The position numbers were made by a program, and so were the translations under genes. Shown here one piece after another: positions 8,749-15,748 of a stretch of 64,000 bases of DNA (position 1 is its first letter; each line of letters opens with the position of its first letter). The DNA lies in IMG/VR virus record IMGVR_UViG_3300050132_000038, positions 62,001-126,000 of that record. One strand, 5' to 3'. Under the pieces are notes generated by a model, which was not told the origin of the DNA, searched no databases, and saw nothing but the letters and a program-made list of their open reading frames with translations.

Positions 8749-9771
8749 TTAACCGCCACTCGCAAATCCCCAGTTAAGTAATGTCACTGCCTTGCCCGGG
8801 AACGCCGAGGCAAATAGATCGAGTTCACGTTCAGGCATCAACCAGAACCATGCACCACCGGCTGCGCCGTATGCGCGCTCATCCACGAATTGATACTTCT
8901 GCTTGGTTTGCTTTTGCACAAGTTTGCGAATCGAGTCTGCGACTTCCAACCACTTCTCACGCGGGATCGATTTGCCCTCAGCCTTCTGCTTTTCGGTTAG
9001 CCCAACTGCCTTGGGGTTAATACCGATCACCAATTGATTGTGCAACACGGGATAACCACCCAAGGACTCTGCTTTCAATCCCGCACGTTGCAGCGCTTGC
9101 ACAGAGAGGAATCCGGTTGCTGCTTTGTTCGATGCTTTGGCGAGAGGGATAACAGGCATACGTGACACCACGAAGTCTTTGTCTTTCAGTGACGCGAGCT
9201 TCTTTGACTCCTCTGCAGTCTGCTGGATAACCTTTGTGATTTCCTCAGTCCACAGTGCATCGTCTGGCCCTGCCGTTACCTTCTTCGCTTCATAGCTTGC
9301 GGTGGCCTTCACAATCAATTCATCTACGTGCGTCAGGGCATCCGTGCAACTGACGATGGACAGCGCCTTCTGCGATGTTGCGGCTCCTACGTACACACCC
9401 TCACGCAAACTCGTGAGTTCATTCATTGCTGCCTTCAGATGCTTCGACACTCCGACGGGTGGCTTGCTTTGTGCAATAGTCTGAATCGTTTTCAATGCAG
9501 CGGTCAGCTTCTTCAATTGCTGTGGCTTCTCCACAACATACAGACGGGAGACTGCAGTGGTCGCCTTAGCTAACGATATGCGTAACTCCTTCAATGCAGT
9601 AACACGATTCTCGGCCTTGAGCAGAATCTGTGCGTCGTCCGGGCCAGCCTTACTCCCGATCTGCAACATGGCCGTAATCTTTTCCATCTGTGAGTTGTTC
9701 TTGGTGGCCGTGCCCTTGCGTGCTTGAAGCCGGTCAAAGTTTGAGTCTACGATACGCATGGGGTTCTTCAT
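8749..9771 (-). CDS. Hypothetical coiled-coil-rich protein
   Basis: 340-aa ORF with RBS; no motif recognised. Confidence 0.8.
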   Translation of the reverse strand: MKNPMRIVDSNFDRLQARKGTATKNNSQMEKITAMLQIGSKAGPDDAQILLKAENRVTALKELRISLAKATTAVSRLYVVEKPQQLKKLTAALKTIQTIAQSKPPVGVSKHLKAAMNELTSLREGVYVGAATSQKALSIVSCTDALTHVDELIVKATASYEAKKVTAGPDDALWTEEITKVIQQTAEESKKLASLKDKDFVVSRMPVIPLAKASNKAATGFLSVQALQRAGLKAESLGGYPVLHNQLVIGINPKAVGLTEKQKAEGKSIPREKWLEVADSIRKLVQKQTKQKYQFVDERAYGAAGGAWFWLMPERELDLFASAFPGKAVTLLNWGFASGG

Positions 9772-9858
9772 GACTGCTCCTACTTGGTAACTTGATAAAA
9801 GGTAGAGGATTATCCGAGAACAAGCCTCTAACTTCTAACTTCTAGAGCGCAAAACGAC

Positions 9859-9907
9859 AAAAGGGAACAGAGCAAACTAGTGAGACTAGAATACGCTGTT
9901 CCCTTTT
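9859..9907 (-). terminator. Long hairpin terminator after the histone-like gene
   Basis: aaaagggaacag/ctgttccctttt 12-bp stem with inner ctag/ctag stem. Confidence 0.7.
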
Positions 9908-9939
9908 AACTAAACTACGATTTGACTGTTACTTCTGGA

Positions 9940-10416
9940 TTACGGAATCAGGAAGTCGTCATTGCCAGCCTTTGCCTTCTTCACCGGCTTTGCTGCAACC
10001 TTCGCTTTACCTGCCTTAGCAGCCGGTTTTGCTTTCGGGCCTTTGGCGGTTGCTGCCTTGACCGGTGCCTTGCCAGCCTTGGCTGCTTTCGCCACAACCT
10101 TACCAGCCTTTGCGACCTTGCCTACAACCTTCTTCGTTTTGGCCGGTGCTTCGTCGGCTGCTGCGGCCTTCGCTTTCGGACCCTTCGTTGCCTTCACTGC
10201 CTTGGCGGTAGCGCCGGCCTTTGCTTTCTGCGTGCGAGGTGCCTTAGCGACCTTCCCTGCTGCCTTCGCTTCCTTTGCGGCTTCAATGCGAGCTTGTGCG
10301 CGCTCCAGTTGCGTCGTCAATCGTGCAATCGTGCGGTCGCCAGTTGCGATCATCTTTGCTGCGGCCTTCAATGCGGTTGCGATTTGTTTGGCTTGGGAGA
10401 TTTGTGCGGTTGCCAT
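9940..10416 (-). CDS. Histone H1-like Lys/Ala-rich DNA-binding protein
   Basis: Repetitive KAAKAGKAPVKAATAKGPKAKPAAK composition. Confidence 0.8.
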   Translation of the reverse strand: MATAQISQAKQIATALKAAAKMIATGDRTIARLTTQLERAQARIEAAKEAKAAGKVAKAPRTQKAKAGATAKAVKATKGPKAKAAAADEAPAKTKKVVGKVAKAGKVVAKAAKAGKAPVKAATAKGPKAKPAAKAGKAKVAAKPVKKAKAGNDDFLIP

Positions 10417-10465
10417 TTTATGTGTTTCCTTTGTTTCAGTTTGGGAGGGTTAAGACTACAGGTTA

Positions 10466-10494
10466 ATTGTATCACACTTTTTATGTTTGTGAAA
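10466..10494 (-). promoter_or_regulatory. Sigma70-like promoter for the histone-like gene
   Basis: TTTCAC-17 nt-TACAAT with extended -10; a TGTAAATA also lies at 10514-10521. Confidence 0.6.
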
Positions 10495-10561
10495 TACAAA
10501 TTACTACATTGTATATTTACAACAGTTTGCGAAAAACTTTACTACATTTTGAATAGTTAAA

Positions 10562-10585
10562 TTGGGAGTTGGTTAAAACTCCCAA
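10562..10585 (-). terminator. Hairpin terminator
   Basis: ttgggagtt/aactcccaa stem 8 nt after the stop of 10594..11670. Confidence 0.65.
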
Positions 10586-10593
10586 CCAGGGAA

Positions 10594-11670
10594 TTACTTG
10601 GTAATCGGGTAAATCGGGAATACCTTCGTGGACTTCTTGAAACGACATTTGACACTTAGGTCTATAGTTGTTGCGTGTGCTAGATATATAAACGGGTCGC
10701 GAATTTCGCGCTGTGGGTAGTCGTCAAAGGCTACCGGAACTGCGATGGCCGAAGTGTTGCCGACTTTTACGTAACTCACCGGACGAGGATATTCAAGAGT
10801 CGCACGATTCAACTTGGCCTCTTCCATGTAGAAGCCACACAGCAAAGGGAGTGAGTCGAAACGAACTGGCTCACGCTTAGTCTCGACGACCTCCGTGAAC
10901 TCTACCAGGTTAGAAGCATTAAAGACTGCCATACCACCTACTGCGACCAGCGAGACAGTCGCAAGATCATCTCCATCAGGGTGCTTCTGAATCCTTACCA
11001 CATTACCGAGCAGTGTGTCAGGAACATCAACGTGTGCGACGTTCGTACCGATCGAGAACACAGGGGCGGGTTCGATCTTATCGAAGACTGGCTTCTCGGC
11101 TTCGATCTGTGCCGGGACCAGCTCGAGCTCATCAAGATCCCACTCCTCGCCATCGTCTGCCTCTGGATCAACTGCTACCGCCGCAGTGTTACTCATATCG
11201 TCGATAAAAAATATCGTACCCAGAAACTTGCGGTTTATAACCAAGCGCACTGCGTCACCGACTTTGAATTTGGGCTCAACTACTTTCACTTCTGTGGGAG
11301 CCTCGACCTTGTTGAGATCGATAATCTCAAACGTGTAGGCCCAACCCTCATGGTAGAAGTTTGCGTTCCCTGCTTTCTTCAACGAGCGTCGAAAGTCTTG
11401 GTGCTGCCGATCCGGCAACTTGTGGGAGGTGAATGCCTTGCGAAGTGACGTGTGTTCCGTGGTGCATCCGTTAACCGTGACTCGCACGCCATCACGTTTG
11501 GTGCGGGCTGCACGGGTTGCAGGATCTTCCCAGCTCGTTTTGACACTGTTGGCAATCTTCTGATTGATAGACTTGGTGGTCGGGAATGCAAAGGCCTTCA
11601 CTTGCTCTTGGTTCTTTGCGATCTTCGCTTGCGTGTTCTTTGTTGCTGCTTGTGCTTTCTTCGATGCCAT
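10594..11670 (-). CDS. Multidomain hypothetical protein with SH3/KOW-like modules
   Basis: Basic N-terminus, then FKVGDAVRL and FSIGTNVAHV barrel-type starts. Confidence 0.75.
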   Translation of the reverse strand: MASKKAQAATKNTQAKIAKNQEQVKAFAFPTTKSINQKIANSVKTSWEDPATRAARTKRDGVRVTVNGCTTEHTSLRKAFTSHKLPDRQHQDFRRSLKKAGNANFYHEGWAYTFEIIDLNKVEAPTEVKVVEPKFKVGDAVRLVINRKFLGTIFFIDDMSNTAAVAVDPEADDGEEWDLDELELVPAQIEAEKPVFDKIEPAPVFSIGTNVAHVDVPDTLLGNVVRIQKHPDGDDLATVSLVAVGGMAVFNASNLVEFTEVVETKREPVRFDSLPLLCGFYMEEAKLNRATLEYPRPVSYVKVGNTSAIAVPVAFDDYPQREIRDPFIYLAHATTIDLSVKCRFKKSTKVFPIYPITK

Positions 11671-11737
11671 GATGATAATTCCTAGAAGTGCGCGGGACGT
11701 TTGGCAAGGGAGCCCCGCTAAAGCCCTGTGAGACAAG

Positions 11738-12118
11738 TTACGCGTGACAGAATGTCCGGAAGATAACTACTGATTCTTTAGGGTTGCGTTTAATGACGAG
11801 CGCTGAGTGCGTGAGACCGAACGTAATAGTTACACCAATGTCTTCAATATCGGATTGTACGAAGGGTAGTGCCTTACTCCACAGCTTCTCGGTCGCTTTC
11901 TGCTTAGGGATTTTTAAGAGGCGCTTTATAGCTTTCTTCTGACTGCAATCTACGACAACAGAGACCATCGTCCGCGCTGCATTCGACTCAAACTGAAGCC
12001 AGGCGGTGACCGGATTTAAACCTGCGTCCCGTGCGAACATAAAGGCACGGCCTACTACGTCAGTCTCAAAACCGGGTGTCTGCTCCCGTAGTGGGATTGC
12101 CTGTTTGAATTTCTGCAT
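11738..12118 (-). CDS. Hypothetical protein
   Basis: ORF with RBS. Confidence 0.7.
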   Translation of the reverse strand: MQKFKQAIPLREQTPGFETDVVGRAFMFARDAGLNPVTAWLQFESNAARTMVSVVVDCSQKKAIKRLLKIPKQKATEKLWSKALPFVQSDIEDIGVTITFGLTHSALVIKRNPKESVVIFRTFCHA

Positions 12119-12167
12119 GTTCTGTTTCCTTTTTCGTTAGGTTAGGGGCCGAAGCCCCGTATCAGAA

Positions 12168-12395
12168 TTACTGGGTTACGAAGGGTACGAGGAATTCGGC
12201 GAGGGCACATCTATGCTCAGGGCCAAAGTCCATATCGAGTGAAAGCAAAACCATATAGTCATCGGTCAGCACTCGGCCTACAACCCCGATGCGCTTTTCA
12301 GGTTTCGATTTCAATGCCACCTGGGTTCCCACCGTGAATTCCGGGAAGCGATAGTCAACAGTGACTTTCTTGAGATGGGAAGTGCTTACTTTCAT
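12168..12395 (-). CDS. Small SH3-like hypothetical protein
   Basis: FTVGTQVALKSKPEKRIGVV; first gene after a sigma70 promoter. Confidence 0.65.
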   Translation of the reverse strand: MKVSTSHLKKVTVDYRFPEFTVGTQVALKSKPEKRIGVVGRVLTDDYMVLLSLDMDFGPEHRCALAEFLVPFVTQ

Positions 12396-12440
12396 TTGAT
12401 TTCCTTTTCGTTGGGATTTTCTATCCTTCACCTACACCCT

Positions 12441-12469
12441 ATTGTAACACGTTTTCCCAGTCTGTGCAA
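12441..12469 (-). promoter_or_regulatory. Sigma70-like (early) promoter
   Basis: TTGCAC-17 nt-TACAAT with AT-rich upstream region. Confidence 0.75.
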
Positions 12470-12538
12470 ATTATTTTCAATTATTTTGTTGTATTTTCAC
12501 GACACCTGGGTTTGCCTAAATTTTTTTGTGCAAACTAC

Positions 12539-13735
12539 CTACGCACCCTTGACGCACATTACCTGCTTCAACACATGTACCACGTCTATCAGATCCTTTG
12601 AATTCTCGATCACGGTATCAATGTTCTTGTAGGCTGCTGGAATCTCATCGAGGACAGAATCATCCTTCAAGCATTCCACGCCCTCAGTTTGCCTCACCAG
12701 ATCAGCAACGGTGAAACGCCTACGAGCTTCCGTCCTGGACATCGAACGTCCCGCGCCATGCGAGCATGAGCAGTAACTCAGCTTGTTTCCCTTACCCTTA
12801 ACGATGTAAGATTTCTGGCCCATCGATCCAGGAATGATCCCTAGCTCACCTTCCTTCGCGGAGATAGCGCCCTTACGAGTGATCCACAGATTCTTCCCGA
12901 AGTGGTTCTCCTTCGTGACGTAATTGTGGTGGGTGTTAATGGCTTCCTGGGTTACAGAGAACTCGATTGGTATGTGCCGCTGTAATGCAGATATAACACT
13001 CAACATCATTACCTTGCGATTCAACAAGGCGTAGTCTTGTGCCCACCCTACAGCTTCCATGTATGCGTTGAAGTCTTCGCTGTCTTCGGGAAGGTACGCC
13101 AGATCCTCATCCGGGAGATTGATGAACCATCCTTGCATTGCCTTCTTCGCCTTCTCGATGAAGTGAGAAGCAATCATGTTGCCTATACCACGAGAACCAG
13201 AGTGGAGCATAATCCACACGTCCTGATTCTCGTCTATGCAGATTTCGATGAAGTGATTACCAGAACCAAGGGTACCTACTTGTTGTGCTGCCTTACGTGT
13301 AAGCCTATCGATTTTTCCGATCCCAGGGCTGCGTTCTTGGATAGAGGACAGTTCGGAACTATGAGTATCAGACCACTCCCTAGGAATTCGATCCTCCTTG
13401 TGTTCATAGCGACCAGTTGGTACATCCCGTTCGATCTGGTTCCGAATCTCTTTCAGGTTATCTGGTAGGTCTGAAGCTTTGAGCGACAGGCGGACAGCGT
13501 TCATGCCACACCCAAGATCTACGCCGACTGCCGCAGGGATGACTGCCTTCTCAGTTGCGATCACCGTACCGATTGTTGACCCCTTACCTGCGTGTACATC
13601 GGGCATGAGTGCCACACCGTTGTGGTGGATGAAGGGCAGACGCGCAATGTTCTTCGCCTGGTTTAACGCCGCGTCTTCAATATCGTCAGTCCACAACCTA
13701 ATCAACCTAGACCCTTCGTCAGCAATAACTTTCAT
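12539..13735 (-). CDS. rtcB: RtcB-family RNA 3'-phosphate/5'-OH ligase
   Basis: MPDVHAGKG, AVGVDLGCG, GTLGSGNHFIE, HSGSRG, THHNYV, HRKGA-like TRKGA, IPGSMG, SHGAGR, LDEIPAAYK motifs. Confidence 0.95.
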   Translation of the reverse strand: MKVIADEGSRLIRLWTDDIEDAALNQAKNIARLPFIHHNGVALMPDVHAGKGSTIGTVIATEKAVIPAAVGVDLGCGMNAVRLSLKASDLPDNLKEIRNQIERDVPTGRYEHKEDRIPREWSDTHSSELSSIQERSPGIGKIDRLTRKAAQQVGTLGSGNHFIEICIDENQDVWIMLHSGSRGIGNMIASHFIEKAKKAMQGWFINLPDEDLAYLPEDSEDFNAYMEAVGWAQDYALLNRKVMMLSVISALQRHIPIEFSVTQEAINTHHNYVTKENHFGKNLWITRKGAISAKEGELGIIPGSMGQKSYIVKGKGNKLSYCSCSHGAGRSMSRTEARRRFTVADLVRQTEGVECLKDDSVLDEIPAAYKNIDTVIENSKDLIDVVHVLKQVMCVKGA

Positions 13736-13736
13736 C

Positions 13737-13874
13737 TCAGTCCTCGTTACGATTCTTATGTTTGCCGTACCCTTGCTTCTGCAAGTGCTTGCGATTGGCA
13801 AACCTAGAGCATCGGTTAATCTTCAACCCATATCTTGCTACTGGGTTACGAACCGAAGTCCGTACCTTAGTCAT
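13737..13874 (-). CDS. 45-aa basic peptide (not in ORF track)
   Basis: MTKVRTSVRNPVARYGLKINRCSRFANRKHLQKQGYGKHKNRNED fills the gap exactly between flanking genes. Confidence 0.65.
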   Translation of the reverse strand: MTKVRTSVRNPVARYGLKINRCSRFANRKHLQKQGYGKHKNRNED

Positions 13875-13877
13875 ATG

Positions 13878-14213
13878 CTACTCCTTGTCGAATTGGTGCA
13901 GCATTTCAAGCATCGTGGCATACCGTGATTCAATCGCCCAATGGTCAACCAGCACCCTCTGGTTTGCGGAACCCCAGGGAAACCGCATGAACACCCAATC
14001 GAAGTCCCGCTCATCTGCTTGAGCTGCAGGCATAACCCGAACCTCGTGGCCATCTAGCTTAGTTAAGTCCTCTAGCATTATTCGGAGCATATTCGCGTGG
14101 CTATGGCTATGGGTAATCACGCACACCTCGTAGCCCTCGCTGGATAATCGAATTGCCTCCTCTAACATTCGAGTTGTGCGCCCTGTCCCACGTTGCGTAT
14201 CAACATCGTACAT
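13878..14213 (-). CDS. Small P-loop-like phage protein
   Basis: QRGTGRTTRML and VLVDHW motifs. Confidence 0.7.
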   Translation of the reverse strand: MYDVDTQRGTGRTTRMLEEAIRLSSEGYEVCVITHSHSHANMLRIMLEDLTKLDGHEVRVMPAAQADERDFDWVFMRFPWGSANQRVLVDHWAIESRYATMLEMLHQFDKE

Positions 14214-14225
14214 AAAAGATTCTCC

Positions 14226-15740
14226 TTAGACCACTGTCAGGGTTTCATTATCCTTGGCGTGTTTGAAGCTTCGATCCTTCTCGATTGCTGCCCGTGTGTC
14301 AGCCAGGTCTAACAGGATTTTCGACTTCGGCTTCTTTTGCCACGCCTGTAATTGTTTCAATACGCCTTGCTGCTCCTTCATCTTGGTATTTAGCGCCTGC
14401 TCTTCCAAACGTGTTAACTGGTCGAGCCGCAAAGCCAAGATTTGCTTCACTTGTTCGACAGTGAGTTTCAGCTTTTTCACAATGTACGCCGTAGGATCTG
14501 GTGTCTTCCGCACCGCGTAGATAACCGTATCCAACTTGTCCACTGCGAAGATCAACAGCTTGGAGTAGGCAATCGCTGCCTCCTGCTTATGCACACGATA
14601 CGCCAAACTCTTGAGTTCCAACTCGATACGCATCTTCAGCCATTGCACAATCAGCTGTGGAACAGACAAGGCCAAGAACTTGGTCTCGAACGTTGTAATG
14701 CCATCGACTGTTTGTGCTTCTCGCTTCGTTACGTTGATCTTGAACGAGCATGACTGACGAGTTGCCAGTTGCACCTTCTCCACATACTTATCGAACTGGG
14801 TAAAGTTGTATGCAGCTTTGCATTCGATGGTGAGGGTGGCTGAACCTTTAGAGTTATAGCACCGTTGGGTTTCAGGCATAGCCCTAACCTTATCAATGAA
14901 GCGTTGCAGGTTGGTACCTGGAGGCCAGTCAGAGATCACCATCTTCTTATGATCCCGGTCTACCTCAATGTCAGATTCAAACTTCACGTTCGTTTCCGAC
15001 TCCCTGAACATCTTGATCCACGCTTCCTTGTTCTCCTTGGTATTGAGAAGATGCCCGCCCCACTTGTGGGCGAACTTCAACGCTTTGGCGAAGTCTAAAG
15101 ATTGAAGCTTCTCACCTTTCAACAAACGTTCGAGTACACCGATCACTGATTCGGGAGTGAACGTTGGTAGTGAGGTAGTGATACCCACACCGATACCCTC
15201 ACCTCCGTTGATAATGACATTAGGCAACTGTGCAGGTAATGTTACTGGCTCAATATCCTTGTCGTCGTAGTTAGGCACAAATGTTGTAACATCTTTGTGG
15301 ATGTAGTCCGACAGGAAGAACGATTGACCGTACGCAGAGAGGCGCATATTCGTATAACGCATCGCAGCTGCGTCGTCGATCATGTTACCCCAGTTCCCCT
15401 TACCGTGAATGGCAGGCGTGGGGTGATTGACGATTGTAGTGATTGCACCTGCGATGGAACTATCTCCGTGAGGGTGCCACCTACCCATAACCAACCCCAC
15501 TACACGCGCTGTCTTCTCAAACGTGGAGAAGGACTCCTTAGACGCTCCCCACAGGATACGCCTCTGCACCGGCTTGAGACCGTCGTACAAGTCAGGCACT
15601 GACCGATCAAGATTAACTGCTATGGCGTACGTTGTCATGTTACGCTTACCGAAGTCGCGCAGTGCCTCGTCCTTCACATGCTTATCAGCAGCAGGTACCA
15701 GACCACCAGTAGGTGCCTTAGTTTTCTTCTTCGTTACCAT
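14226..15740 (-). CDS. gyrA: Type IIA topoisomerase subunit A (GyrA/ParC-like, no CTD)
   Basis: DGLKPVQRRILW, KTARVVG, HPHGDSSI, AAAMRYT (catalytic Tyr); only 504 aa. Confidence 0.92.
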   Translation of the reverse strand: MVTKKKTKAPTGGLVPAADKHVKDEALRDFGKRNMTTYAIAVNLDRSVPDLYDGLKPVQRRILWGASKESFSTFEKTARVVGLVMGRWHPHGDSSIAGAITTIVNHPTPAIHGKGNWGNMIDDAAAMRYTNMRLSAYGQSFFLSDYIHKDVTTFVPNYDDKDIEPVTLPAQLPNVIINGGEGIGVGITTSLPTFTPESVIGVLERLLKGEKLQSLDFAKALKFAHKWGGHLLNTKENKEAWIKMFRESETNVKFESDIEVDRDHKKMVISDWPPGTNLQRFIDKVRAMPETQRCYNSKGSATLTIECKAAYNFTQFDKYVEKVQLATRQSCSFKINVTKREAQTVDGITTFETKFLALSVPQLIVQWLKMRIELELKSLAYRVHKQEAAIAYSKLLIFAVDKLDTVIYAVRKTPDPTAYIVKKLKLTVEQVKQILALRLDQLTRLEEQALNTKMKEQQGVLKQLQAWQKKPKSKILLDLADTRAAIEKDRSFKHAKDNETLTVV

Positions 15741-15748
15741 TTTAGTCC

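Noticed and set aside
9922-10560. Long + strand ORFs opposite the histone-like gene (also 19375-20151 and 20330-21298)
   Set aside because: Antisense shadows of compositionally biased - strand genes; no RBS and implausible Phe/Cys/Arg-rich translations
13878-14213. Terminase or helicase call from RGTGRTT
   Set aside because: Only 111 aa with a degenerate Walker A; too short for a motor ATPase
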